The position numbers were made by a program, and so were the translations under genes. This document shows positions 41,471-57,920 of a stretch of DNA of 64,000 nucleotides, one piece after another. The stretch is from assembly GCF_009914755.1 (NCBI RefSeq), contig NC_060937.1. One strand, given 5' to 3'. How positions within the stretch are numbered: position 1 is the stretch's first letter; every line of letters begins with the position of its first letter. This DNA comes from the human T2T-CHM13v2.0 reference genome, Homo sapiens. The notes beneath the pieces are model-generated. The model was not told where the DNA came from. It saw nothing but the letters and a program-made list of their open reading frames with translations, and ran no database searches.

Positions 41471-43923
41471 CATATACCATGGTAATCCCAAAGCCAAAGT
41501 CACATGAGAGAACAAAGAGGCCTCATGAGTAGCTACACGTGTGCAAAGGGTTTCACTCGCTCTGGTCAAATGGTGTAGGTCATAAGACCTTAAAAGATAA
41601 ATAAAAAGCTTTAGAAATTCCTGAGCTAAAGGGAGTTAAGTGCCAATTATTAACAAGAATTCTCCAAAGGGCTTTGTGGAGACTTCTTAAAGGTGCAGAT
41701 TAAACTAAATAGGACAATATCAGGGTGTTCATTTTGCAATGCTGTGAGAGGACTATTTTTCATGTAGCAAATGTTAACAAGAAAGAATGTTTGATTCTCA
41801 GAACCAGAAAGCAAGCCTCTAGAAATCTAAACTGAAATCGTAGAAGCCTGGATCTCATTATTTCTTGACAACCTGTGGCATGGTTTTGAAATAAAGATAG
41901 CATATCTTGCTAAAAGGGAAAAGTAGCAATAGTGTTTTATATTCTCACAATCCTGTCTGCTTGCAGTAAGGATTTATATATGAGATCCACTTATGAAAAT
42001 GTTAGACAAATTTGAGAACAAGATCATCAGAATACAAGCACTCAAGAGAGCAACTACATTTGTGTTGACCATTAAAAGGACAGATCACTAAAGTATCTGT
42101 GACATACTCACACATATTCTAATGCCACTCAAGGGATAGAGAAAATAAAAAATCAGCTTAACATGTCATTTTTAAAATGTGAAAGATGCATATTATATGG
42201 AATCTGTGCACTAATTATTAATATGTTCTCGTGAGATGGATGTCATTACAAAAAAACACTACTTTATGCTACTTAGTAAAAGTTATCATCTTCTGAGACA
42301 AGTTAATTCTTCATTGCTTCCATACCATCTGTGCTGGTTTCACTTATTTCTCCAACTACATATGGATTCTTATTTACTGGCTAGAATTTCCTATTTTAAA
42401 GGATATTTTAATCTACACTTCCACCTGGAAATTATACTTCTAATGAGATTTGGCAAAGAGAATATGACAACATATTAAACAATTTGTGAACATACTACTG
42501 AGATTTCTGAGTGGTGACATTAGCTAGAGAGATTTGTCATATCTTCTCACCCCCACTTCCCAATGGAATACCTTTGAAAGCCTACCAAACCAGCCTAGTT
42601 GACAACAATATAGGAAATTAAGATATTGTCACATCTGACAAATACTGGAAGGAAATAGCCTTATGGAGTAGATAAGCCAACACAAAATATAATAAACACC
42701 CAATTTATGTCTATGAAAGAGATAAATGACCAAAATAAAGGAGACAAGAAATGTCATCTAAACCATTCCCCTTCTCCCTTACTGCCTTTGCCACTGAATA
42801 CCCTTTTATCATAAATTTTGGTCTTTGTCACTGTCAAAAACCTGTGGAAATCCTAAACGGGAACACCAATTTCTCATAGTCTCAGAGTAATAATTGCAAC
42901 CTGAAACCTCATCAGTTTTTTTCCCCCTACTTCCACTCAGAATACTTAAACTTCTACATGATGAAAGGTAAAAGGCAGTGGCTTGCTTCTTGTTCATTGA
43001 AGTCAGCATATTGACAGGAAAATTAAGAAAAATATGCACTGAATGTTTAGAATTTGCCATAAACCATGTTTTGCCAAAGAAAGACTACAAATTATTTCAA
43101 ATGCTAGTGAATACCTCCCTATATGTAGAAAAGTTAGAAGTGGAGAAAAAAAAATCTCTTTGGTTTAGCAGAGCTATAGTAGAAGAGTATCTCTTAGAGT
43201 TTGTAAGGGAACAAAAGGAACTGATTTTGACCGTGAGACCTGGGAGGCTAAGTTTAGTAAAACAATTCACATTAAAAAAAATTGATTATTATAAACAAAC
43301 TGCATCTTAAATGTTTATTTTCCATGTATTTCTTAGTAAAATCACTCAGCCAAATGGACTTGATGAGAAACAGATGAAATATGGCATTTAAAATAATGGT
43401 GACTGGAAATAATATTATGTGAAAAACAACAGTGTCTTAGAGAATTCTCTTCTTGCACAAGGTCTCCACAGCTGCCACTCCAGGACAGGGTCACCCCTTT
43501 TGTAAAACTCTGCCTCAAGTTCTGCATAGTGGAGCTGATATAGCCTCTTTCATTTTGTCAACCCTGGATGTTTCACCTAGAATGTATTTTGTGCCTGCTT
43601 ACTTGGATTTGAAAACTTAGAACTTTCCATGATTTTCTATCACATCAAAGATTTTATTAGCATTTATTTTTCATTTTCAGCAGACAAGGAGAAGCCCAAT
43701 CCACTCCACATGATCTCGGATATGAAACAGAGGCCTAACGTTGTTAATAAAATTATTTGAGAATTGATTGAATCATGAATGTAATGCTAAAATTATATAG
43801 TAATCTAAATTCACAACAATAAGATGATTTCATAAAATCTGAGGTTACATCAAAATAAAAAAAACACCTAAAATAATATTTTAAAGAATCATTAAAGTGT
43901 GGAAAAACGTTAATAGTGGATAC

Positions 43924-44318
43924 TGTTATATTCTACCATATGATCGAGGCTCTCATCCTCTACTTGCTGGAGACAGTACCTGTTGACTCTCATAGCTATG
44001 TTCCTCACTGAAAATTGCTCTTGCACACAGGAAACTATCTTTCCAAAGATAAGGTATCTTTTATGAGTGTGGCCTGTGGTTATCAAATGGATGATGCAGA
44101 AGGAACTCTGGTCTCAGTTTGAAAGAATTCTGCAAGTCAGTTCAGCCCTAGAGTTCCCCATAAATCAGCAGAAGTCCTCAGTTAAAATCACATTGCAAGT
44201 CAGATTCCCCCTCTGCGCAGTCCTGCTTTCCTCATTGTTTCATGTGATAAAATGCCCAATAAACTTTGGCAAACAAATCTCAGCTTCACACTATTTCCAG
44301 GAAACAAAATCTACAATA
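43924..44318 (+). mobile_element. LTR16-family solo LTR (ERVL)
   Basis: ctgcaagtcagttcagccctagagttcccca...ccctctgcgcagtcctgctttcctca...cccaataaact...caaatctc...tttccaggaaac. Confidence 0.7.
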
Positions 44319-44609
44319 GCATTCAAGGCAGAATGAAGTGAGAGACGCAATGCATAAGGTTAAGAATAAAGAGAGTTATTAGAAGTGAGAATGAGGTGAA
44401 TGATTAATTAGAAGACATAAAAAGGAAGGTAAAATAATTAAAATTAATATTATCAAACTTCCTCTATATGCAAAGCTGTATTCTAAGGTACAGGCTTTTA
44501 AAAATATAACCAAATAATTTTGTTAGCTTTAATGGAGTCTAAGATCAAATAAGAAATATAGAATATACATTGAGGACATTTCTCTAAAAATTTTGAATTT
44601 TGGATTAAT

Positions 44610-45400
44610 GTGTATTTAGAGTCTGGTAGAAGTAGATGAAACACACAAAGGGTCTAATTAATGAAAACTTAATAAAGTGACTATTTAAAAAGAAATGATC
44701 AGGGTTAAGGGAAACTAACAAAGGTAGTGAGATACTCAGCAGCTGGCAAGAGCCAGGAATTGTTACCAGAGGACTGAGGAAGAAAGGAAAGGGAAGTCTG
44801 TTTGAAGCAGTGTGGGGAAGATATAGATTGAGAATCCCTGCCAGAATGATGACAAGGTAGCCAAGGAGAGTGGAAATAATATTCCATTTCTCTGCCTACC
44901 CTCTAATCTCTGTTCCTAATTCTGAGTAACTGAATCTAACCACCAGATAAGTGAGCCTGGTTCATGTGTCCATGAAAATCCAACTCCTAGGAAGACAGAG
45001 AAATGCAAAGAGAGGTAGACAGTAGACCTAGAGCAGCGGTCCCCAACTTTTTTGGCACCAGGAACAGTTTTCCTGGAAGACAATTTTTCCATGAGATGGG
45101 AGGGATGAAACTCTTTCACCTCAGATCAGCAAGGGTTGGTTAGATTCTCATAAGAAGCAAGCAGCCTAGATCCCTTGGATTTGCAGTTCACAATAGGGTT
45201 TGTGCTCCTATGAGAAACTAATGCCACTGTTCACAGGACAGGTGGCAGAGCTCAGGTGGTAATGCTTGCTCTCTTGCTGCTGCTCACCTCTTGCTGTGCT
45301 GCCCGGTTTAGGGTCTGGCAGGAAGTAGGCTGGTACCAGTCTGTTTCCTTGGAACTGGGGAATCCTGATCTAGAGTGCATGTAGAGTCAAAAGAAAAATA
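44610..45400 (-). mobile_element. LTR41-like solo LTR interrupted by MER1B
   Basis: ttaataaagtgactattta...cagggttaagggaaactaacaaagg resembles antisense LTR41. Confidence 0.55.
45034..45367 (+). mobile_element. MER1B (hAT-Charlie MITE)
   Basis: CAGcggtccccaactttttggcaccagg...ttagattctcataag...gcagttcacaatagggtttgtgctcctatgagaa...cCTG; 8-bp TSD acctagag/atctagag. Confidence 0.92.
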
Positions 45401-45494
45401 TTACATCTTAAATTGGTAATGAAAAAATAAGAATTAGCCTGTCATACCTTTGTATTTACAGAAAGTTCTGAGTTGAAAAAATACACTTGTGGTT

Positions 45495-49322
<3,828 letters not shown>

Positions 49323-49344
49323 CTGTTTGAAATTAGAGTAATCT

Positions 49345-49840
49345 GAATTATTAACAGACTGTGGTACTAAACGATTCTGTGATCTTAGGCAAGTCATTGA
49401 ATACCTTCTATACTCAGACCATTTATAAACAATACAAAGATGATGGTTAGGTACATGGCTCCTACCCACTATGAATTAAAAATCTTAATTGTAAAATGGT
49501 CCATTATTTAATAAGATATAAGAATAAATTTTATGTACTTGTACCAAACAGTAAAAAGAATATAACATTTGTTTTCAAAGTCTGTGCCATATCCACTAGA
49601 CCTAAATTCTAGCAAAAATAATACAAATGTTAGAGTGATAGTTATAATCTTCTTGGTTGTGAATGCTTGCTTTGCAACTTACTTTCTAGATTAACTCAAG
49701 CATGTTACATAATGTCTCTGTTCTTTGCTTCTAAATTATTTACAATGAAGATAATTTTTCTCTTAGAGTTATGGGGATTCAGTGGTCAAAAGAGTGCATG
49801 ACTTACAGTGAATTTTCAATATATATTATCAGTTATTATT
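49345..49840 (+). mobile_element. Two MIR relics (~49345-49460 and ~49630-49840)
   Basis: ctgtgatcttaggcaagtcatt; caagcatgttacataatgtctctg...acaatgaagataat...cttagagttatggggatt. Confidence 0.5.
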
Positions 49841-50619
49841 GATTTTTTCTATATAGATATGAATGAACTTGTCATTTAAAATTTTCCTCATATTTCTTCC
49901 CATAAACCAAAAAACGTTTCTTTTCCTGAATAATTTTGGCATGTTTCCCTCATCAAAATATGTATTTTATTGATCATAATAATGAATATAATATATATCC
50001 AGAAAAATTGATTTGTTTAGATTTCCTTTGTAGTCAAAATAATAGTTTCAGTGATAAATCACTCTTCTTGATGTTGACATGTAAATGAATTGACAGGCAG
50101 CTTAAATTGTCAACTAAAAAGCAACCTTATAATTTTAGTCATCTTTTTAATGTTTTTTCCTTTATTTGTATGAAATTATGGAAAGAGAACATGTTCATTG
50201 AAGCACTTTCTCTCCAGTTACATGATATTCAAAGCCTTAAAGTTTATTCATTCTTCAATACGCAATTTTGCATGAAACAAATATATCCAAACTCTAGTAT
50301 ATTATTTAATTTGAAATATATATTATTTTTCCTGGCTGCTCCTCAGAGTTGAAAATGTTCCAGATTTTTGCAAAACTAACTTGTCATAGGGAGTTGAATA
50401 AGTGGTGACTCATTGTCAGCCAATAATGATTTCCTTAAACCAATAATCTTATCACATGGGAATACTCAAATAGTATGAAATAATGATAAAAGAGAAATAA
50501 ACCAGCTTATAGAAATTATTAGATAGAAATGTGTATTTTAGTGAAAAATAATATTAGTATAAATAACGATATACAAATTATAAGTCAGATTCAATAACCC
50601 CTTTAGTAACATATGCAAA

Positions 50620-51153
50620 GTGGGTTCACTGTACACAGGTATCAGTCCCAGGGGAGAACTCTAAACATTTTGCCAACACTGTACACCAGTGTCAATCAAC
50701 TTGCAGGAAGCCAGTCAGAAAAAGTACTAATAAAACAACTTAAGCAATTTTATTACTAATAGACAGGCAGACAGGGACAATGGAAGCCTAGGATTCATGG
50801 TGGGCCAGTACCCCAAGGCTCAGAATAGCTGCACAGCATGGATGGAGTCCCAACTGTGCATGCCCCATGTCAAACTGCCCCTGAGGGACCCTGAAAGGCA
50901 CTCCACTCTGGATTTTAAATCACATGGGCAATGTTAATTGTGGGACTAAAGTGTTGTAGGACTCCCTGTTCTAGAAGGGACAAGAACAGAGTCTGGATGT
51001 TCTAGACAGTTCCTCCTTATCTCAGGATATTGCATTCTCATATGCTCAGCACATTCTATGTTTATACTTAAGAACTACAAGCATGAGGCAGGGGAAAGGT
51101 GGGGAGTGCTGAAACTGGGTCAGTCAAGGCCACATGCAGCCTGTCCTGCAACA
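50620..51153 (-). mobile_element. ERVL solo LTR (LTR32/MER70-like)
   Basis: Reverse complement TGTTGCAGGACAG...GTGGCCTTGACTGACCCAG...CTTGTAGTTCT...AGAATGTGCTG...GAATGCAATATCCTGAGATAAGGAGGAACTG. Confidence 0.6.
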
Positions 51154-51298
51154 TAGACCATTTTTGTGGCAGGGGTTGGGGAGTGGGTGGAGGTGGTGGT
51201 GGTGGTAATTTCTACGTTATCATCAAGAACCAGTATAGAACCAGTATAAACAAAACCAGTCTATTCCTATCCTCCCAAAGTCAACTGTATGGAAGGTT

Positions 51299-52011
51299 TG
51301 TAATGGTTAATATTAGTGTCAACTTGATTGGATTGAAGGATGCCTAAATAGCTAGTAAAGTATTGTTTCTGGGTTTGTCTGTGAGGGTGATGCCAGAGGA
51401 GACTGACATTTGGGTCAGTGGACTGGGAGAGAAAGACACTCATCCTTGATGTGGGTAGACACCATCCAATCCACTGCCAGCACGGCTACAATAAAGCAGG
51501 GAAGAAGGTGGGATAAGCTGGCTTGCTGAGTCTTCCGGCTTCCATCTTTCTCCCCTGATGGATGTCTCCTTTCTCTCTTCCTGCCCTTGGACATCAGACT
51601 AGAATAAAGCAGGGAAGAAGGTGGGGTAAGCTGGCTTGCTGAGTCTTCTGGCTTCCTTCTTTCTCCTGTGATGGATGTTTTCTTCCTCTCTTCCTGCCCT
51701 TGGACATCAGACTTCTGGTTCTTTGGCTTTGGACCCTTGGACTTCCATCAGTAGCTTGCTGGTGTCTCTCGGGCATTTGGCCACAGACTCAAGGCTGCGC
51801 TGTTGGCTTCCCTGCTTTTGAGGGCTTTGGACTTGGAGTGAGTCACTACTAGCTTCTTTCTTCCCCAGCTTGCAGACGGCGGATCGTGGGACTTCTCTTT
51901 GTGATGGTGTGCCATACAATCACAAATTAGGGAGTTTATTCTCCCTAATAAACTCCCTTTTATATGTACGTATATTCTATTAGTTCTGTTCCTTTGGAGA
52001 ATCCTAATACA
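51299..52011 (+). mobile_element. MLT2B1-like solo LTR (ERVL) with an internal 113-bp tandem duplication
   Basis: TGTAATGGTTAATATT...gtcaacttgattggattgaaggatgc; ends ggagaatcctaatACA; perfect TSD AGGTT (51294-51298 / 52012-52016). Confidence 0.92.
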
Positions 52012-52625
52012 AGGTTCAAAGTTAACATCCATAATACCCAGACACCTAAAGAGTTACCTATTAAATAGGATGTGAGGAGAAACCAATTGGTAGTAAAATC
52101 AAATATTGTTCTACTACTCTTGCACCTTAATCTGAAACATGATAGTTCTGTGTTGTAGATGTCTTCCTATTGAACAAGTATAGCAGGTGATGAAATTAAC
52201 AAAGTGATTAATTTACCTAAATTTTTGCCAGTATCACAATTCCGTTATATCTTTCAAGGCATAAGACTAATAGTTGGGATATTTTAAGTTCATGATTAGA
52301 GTTTAAATCATTTATAAGAGTTTCATTGTTTTCCATACTTTTCTGTCAGATGTAGGAGTTTGATTTGCAAAGGTCCATATTACTCAGTAGTAATTGTAGT
52401 AAACTCTCTGGTTTGGACATCTAAAATCCTAAAACATTATTAACTGAGGTCTATTTTCATGGATTTGACTGTCTGTTAGTTCATATGTAATTTTAGTTCA
52501 TTTTTAGGTAAAGGTTAGTACCACTGGAGAGAAAAGGTAGCATCTCGAAATAAGTATAAAGCTTTATTTATTTTCTTCAAATAAATAATTTCCAAACACA
52601 ATCATTCTCAACTCTCATGATACCC

Positions 52626-53127
52626 GTAGCTGAACTGTTAGGTTTATTCCTTGCTGTAATAAAAAAGAACACAGTAGTAGACAAGTATGGGATGTCTAAG
52701 TAAGACGATGTTAGAAAAAAAATGTATTATAGGATTTGTAAGTTTGTTATGTGACTTGCTTGAAGCTCAAGTAAGTATGGTTTTGTATAATTCTATGACA
52801 GTATCTTAAATCTAGCTATAGGCAGTGAAGAATAGATGGAAGTTAAAATGTAACTAATAAAGATGCAGCAATCTCATATTAGCTGAGTTTCAGGGATATT
52901 AATATTTTCTGTGACTTGCACAGAGACCTTGTTTTTGTTTTGGTTGTAATCAGACATAAATATGAAGTGTTCTGCTATTTTTTGTCTAGCTTTATCTTGG
53001 TCATGTCATCACCTCTTCTGATCAACGAAACAGCACAGCCTAGCTATGAATGCCAGCTCCTTAAAAACCAAAGCCTAATTGTGTCAGGTCAGTTCCTGGA
53101 TGTCAGGGACTGGTTTTATCTTTCTCA
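52626..53127 (-). mobile_element. ERV1 solo LTR (MER67-like); flanks possibly ERV1 internal remnants
   Basis: Reverse complement TGAGAAAGATAAAACCAGTCCCTGACATCCAGGAACTGACCTGACAC...CATAGCTAGGC. Confidence 0.5.
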
Positions 53128-54540
53128 ATTCCTCCCCCTCCCTTCCTTCAGGTCACCGGCAGAGGAAGTTAGGCACTATGACATTTACCAGGGATATCCA
53201 GATTTTCACCATTGTCAAAATTGTCCTGATCAGGAGTTTGTTCAGAGTACATTTTCTGTAACTGAACTAGAAGTGATCCTCCCTGCTCCTTTTGTTCTCA
53301 GGTGAGCTGTTGAATTCTCTGATGTGACAATGGCTGCATAGTAGCATTTAAGATTCTGGATATAACACATTGGCCAACTGTAACATGTAGTTTCCAGAGG
53401 CAAAGAAAAGATCACTAGTTTTTATAACAAGCACTGAAGCCAGAAACCTAGATAATAAAGCCTAGACAATGAACACATGGCCGATAATTAAACCGGATCT
53501 GTTTTAGAAAGTAAAGTTTGCTTTTTGTGTGTTTCATTTTGCTTTTTAACCAAGTCATGGATTGTTCTACTTACTCTGTAGTATGTGTGTATACTAGAAC
53601 TGTTTGCTATGCCAGAAACCAGACCTTGGGCTAAAATTTATTTTTGCTTCACAAATTTTTAATAATGAAATAAAATAAGTATGGAGAAAAACAGCTAGCC
53701 TTAATTTTTTATCTAGTTATCATTTGTATATGGAGAACAAATATATTATTTATTTTAGTTAAGCCTGATAATTAACATATAGTTACACAATAATTTCATT
53801 AATATAAATATAAGAGAATTAATGAGTTTACTATCTGCTTATTAACACTGCCTTTATAATTTATTTAGGTGGATATTCTAATATGAATTATATCAGTTTT
53901 ATTTTTTATACTGATGAGTTAATATTTTAAAACTATATTTAAATGCTTGAAATTACAAATTATATATTTATGTATCTGATACTGCCTAAACATACATGTA
54001 AAGTTATAATAATATATCCTTAATGGCAAATTTTTATATGAGTAATGACTAATGTTCTCATTGAGGCCTTCTTTCTGTAAAATTACCAAGTTGTCTAATG
54101 ATCAGGTTAGTAGAGCTTTCTTTTGTCACCCAATTATTCTGTTAACTCTCATTGCTTTTTAGTATGCTTCAAGAAAATTAAAAAAAAAACTCTTGAATTA
54201 AAATGTTAGGTTCCTCATAATAAATTTTTTATTGCTGCTTATTTTCATTACGTTACCAATAATTATTTCTCTTCAAATAGTTATGAGATAAATGTTGATT
54301 TTGTCTTTCCCAAATTCTTAACAATAAACTCTGTTAAGATCTTTCATGCTTAAACTATCTTTGAGTTTCATAAAATGACCATTAGAAAATAGAGATTTAC
54401 TTCACTGCCATAATAAAAAGAACAAAAATAATTATGTTTATCTAAAAATTTTCCAAATTGTAATAAAATGCAAAACTGTTATGTAAATGTTGGCCTAGCA
54501 AAAGTTGAAGAACACCAGAAAAATCAAAAGAAGAGTTTAT

Positions 54541-54824
54541 TCTCAGCAAACTATCGCAAGGACAAAAAATCAAACACCGCATGTTCTCACTCGTAGGTGG
54601 GAACTGAACAATGAGAACACACGGACACAGGAAGGGGAACATCACATACTAGGGAACGTTGTGGGGTGGGGGGAGCGGGGAGGGATAGCATTAGGAGATA
54701 TACCTAATGCTAAATGACGAGTTAATGGGTGCAGCACACCAACATGGCACATGTATACATATGTAACAAACCTGCACGTTGTGCACATGTACCCTAAAAC
54801 TTAAAGTATAATAATAATAAAAAA
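54541..54824 (+). mobile_element. L1PA4-like 3' end
   Basis: tctcagcaaactatcgcaaggac...ggagatatacctaatgctaaatgacgagttaatgggtgcagcacaccaacatggc...cttaaagtataataataa; TSD gaagagtttat (54530-54540 / 54826-54836). Confidence 0.96.
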
Positions 54825-54998
54825 TGAAGAGTTTATCTTTTCAGATTAGTGATTGGCATAGTGAAAAATACATGTTTCAATGATTTGCGTAGTTGTCATG
54901 CATACTCAAAATTATGTCTAAGCACAAAGACTATTACTTTACCTGTCTGCTTAAAGATTATTTTTCCAGCAATCTCAATTAGGATGCAACATAAGAGT

Positions 54999-55249
54999 TG
55001 TATTTGGCAGTTCTTACATTGCTATAAAGAAATATCAGAGACTGAGTAAGTTATAAAGAAAAGAGGTTTAATTTGCTCATAGTTAAGCAGGCTTTATTGG
55101 AGGTCGACCTCCTCATGAAGGGGCCTGGCCCAAGCCCATTCATGAGGGCTTCTCTCCCATGATACAAACACCTCCCATGGGGCCCTCCAATACTGGGGAG
55201 TACATTTCAACGTGAGATTCGGGTGAAGACAAATGTCCAAACTATATCA
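54999..55249 (-). mobile_element. MSTA-like solo LTR with an internal deletion
   Basis: tgtatttggc...ttgctataaagaaata...aagaggtttaatt; cattcatgaggg...ccaaactatatca; TSD agagt/agagc. Confidence 0.88.
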
Positions 55250-55789
55250 AGAGCGAAGGTAAAATCAAGGATATAACTCCTATGTCTTAAAAAAAAAATC
55301 TTTGAAATGAATAGTTACTCTAGCAATCTTTTCAGTTAAATAAATGGTCTAGGTAGAAGAATCACAACGTGTCATCCCATGAAAACCTGACAAGCTCAAA
55401 GTACTTCTAATTAAGTTGAGAGAGAAAAAGAGATCCTCAAATGGATTATGGGTGTGACTATTTGCAGATGATGCCGAGTGGACTAAAATAAACACCAACA
55501 TGTTTAAAGAATTCTATTATTAACACCTTTCATTTGAGTTAAAAGAGATGCTGACTCCGAAATGTAAAATAACCCTAGAGACCTCAAACTTCTTTGGCAG
55601 GGAACAAGCAAAAGTAGCAATTCAACTACCAAGGAAGGTATATTCCCCAACTCCCTTTTCAAATCTAGTCCAAAAGGATAATGGAAAATAAAGGACTTAA
55701 TGTGTGGAGTCAAAAATTATGAATAATGGACTGACTACATAAACTCAGGGGACAGGAGGAAGAAGCTTCAGTCAAAAATTAAATTCTAA

Positions 55790-57150
55790 CTGAATAGAGT
55801 GACACTGCAACATTTGTCCCTCTACCTGGATTTCAAAATTTCCATGAACCAGGGGTTGTCTATGTGCACCCTGTTACTCATCTTTCTTAATATGAAAATG
55901 CATTATAGTCATATTGTCTCTCTCTTCCACTATGGAGGGTTTTGTGTGTTTGAGAGATTGTAACACAATTCATTTGTTTTTTATTTAGTTCTTAGTTTTC
56001 TGGATCAAGAGACACCAGATCCAGAAATGAATTAAATCCTGACTTAAGCCACAACTTTTCTTTTAAGCTTGGTGCTGTGATTGAAGGAGATCATATGGAG
56101 ATGTATTTAAAAAAAAGGTAAGCATATTTTATGTACAAGAAAGAGGAAATTATTTGAGAGCAATAGACTATAGTAAATGGTAATATTTGCTTATAATTTT
56201 CATTTCTTCATCCTTGCCATGCTACCTTTGACTCCATTGACTTTGTGCTGGGACGTGTGATCTGCTTAGGCCAACAGAATAAGCTTAAGCGATAATGTGA
56301 GAGTTGCAAGCAAAAGCTTTAAGAGACACTGCATATTTGTGCTACTCTAATTTGCTCCTTTGCCGTGGCTACAAACAAGTTTTTAGTGTATATATGTATT
56401 CGCTCATATCATCCTGAATGCAAAAATAATATTTCTGCAGCAATGACATATTATTATAATTTACTGCAATAACTAAAGCAGTTCAGTACACCCCAATTCT
56501 TCTCCCTTCTGGGGTGATATATGAATGCCAGATGGTTAAACCAGCATGTATCGTGTGGGTTTCTTGCACCACGGGGGTGAAACTGTGCAATAATGAATCT
56601 GGCAGTTTATATAGTAATGGATCAGCAGTCCCCTGTCTCCTTCTGACAGAAGGAGAGCAATCTTTGCTCCCTAGTCATTTACTATCTTTTGGAATATAAA
56701 CCACTGACCCCATGGCTTTGAGTTTCATACCCCTCCGTTGAAATGTAAACTTACACTTCAAGGAAAAAAACTTCCTCACTACCTATTCAATCATTTTTTA
56801 AATGTCAAGGCTTATATATGTAAAAAACCTGCACATTGTGCACATGTACTGTAAAACTTAAAATATAATAAAAAAAAGTCAAGGCTTGTCTTTTAATCCA
56901 GATCCCATTCTTTTGCTCTGAAAAGCTAAGCAGAATTATCCTTTTCTTTCCTTCTTTTCTAGACTTTTTCCTTGCAGCCTGGGTTTGGGAAAAGAGTAGA
57001 CATGTAAAGCCAAAACAAAACCCAATGGAGCTCATTGAATCCAGTGGGTATGAAGTTGTCCACAAACTTCATGTTACAGAAATAATGATTTGTTTTAAAG
57101 CCATGAGATATTAGGCTGCTTTATCTGCACCATAAAACAATTGAAGCTGA
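55790..57150 (+). mobile_element. MLT1 (H/I-like) internal end plus LTR (~56169-56380 and ~56960-57150), split by an unassigned insert
   Basis: ggatttcaaaatttccatgaaccag (int); ccattgactttg...gtgatctgcttaggccaacagaat...gctttaagagacactgc; gcagcctggg...agaaataa...ttgttttaaagccatgagat. Confidence 0.6.
56814..56877 (+). mobile_element. Minimal L1PA 3' terminus (64 bp including tail)
   Basis: atatgtaaaaaacctgcacattgtgcacatgtactgtaaaacttaaaatataataaaaaaaa; TSD gtcaaggctt (56804-56813 / 56878-56887). Confidence 0.9.
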
Positions 57151-57207
57151 AAGTTTACATTGTCAAACTCTTTGATTACTCTAAAAACCAAAATTGTGGT
57201 TGAGTTT

Positions 57208-57920
57208 TGTCAAAGAAAACCAAAGCTAGACGGTGATAGAAACTGTCTACAGACACAGCTAGAAAGTGTGAAGAATAGATTGTATTTGGTACTATTGCAG
57301 TAGGGGGAAAGAGACCTCAGGATAGAATGAGGCTCAATTCTGAATACAATAAAGAAAAGTGGGGTGCATGTGGGATTCATGCCTGTAATTTTAGCACTGG
57401 GTGTGCTGGGTTTATACCTGTAGTCCCAGCTACTCAGGAGACTAGATGGAACTAGCAGGAGGATAGCTTGAACCCAGGAGGTCAAGGCTGCAGTGAGCCA
57501 TAATTATTCTACTTCATTCCAGCTTGGGTGACAGAGGAAGATTCTGTCTCAAAAAAAGAAAAGAAAAGTGAAACTCTATAACCAAGAAGAAAGATCTGAG
57601 CATCAGGGGACAGGAAAATTTATTAAGAGAGTAGGTAACTGACCTAACAGGATTCTCATGGAAGGCAGTCCAGTATGATCAGGTATCAATCTGAGGATGG
57701 TGGGGCATTAGTAGGGAAGCTGGCCAAATATTGAGGATAATCAGATATCGAGGGTGGGGAATTGTTGCTAAACCAACTTAACAGGATTCTTGCTAAAGTT
57801 GTGCTAATATTCTACAATCGTGTGATGTCTTTTGAACATGGAAATACAAAAGTCAAACCTTAGTTGAGAAGAGGAGTCACAGAAGCCTGACTAAAGTTTG
57901 CTCAAGGAGAGTCTCTGTCA
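57208..57920 (-). mobile_element. MER31-family solo LTR interrupted by an Alu
   Basis: Ends tagttgagaagagg...agcctgactaaagtttgctcaaggagagtctctgTCA, the reverse complement of the MER31 start. Confidence 0.8.
57362..57559 (+). mobile_element. AluJ-like with most of the left monomer deleted
   Basis: catgcctgtaattttagcact|gggtgtg...ggaggatagcttgaacccaggaggtcaaggctgcagtgagc; TSD aaagaaaagtg (57351-57361 / 57560-57570). Confidence 0.85.

Noticed and set aside
42978-43310. 110-aa ORF in non-repeat sequence
   Set aside because: Non-ATG start, no recognisable homology and no supporting exon structure; within chance expectation for 64 kb.
43660-43740. NAGNAG acceptor-like tttttcattttcagcag
   Set aside because: No convincing downstream donor; such motifs are common in AT-rich DNA.
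51170-51206. G-rich run with G4 potential (also L1 3' UTR G-tracts at ~9835 and ~54665)
   Set aside because: A simple GGT repeat or a standard L1 feature, with no evidence of function.
52916-53305. 129-aa ORF
   Set aside because: Non-ATG start, spans an LTR boundary, no recognisable domain.
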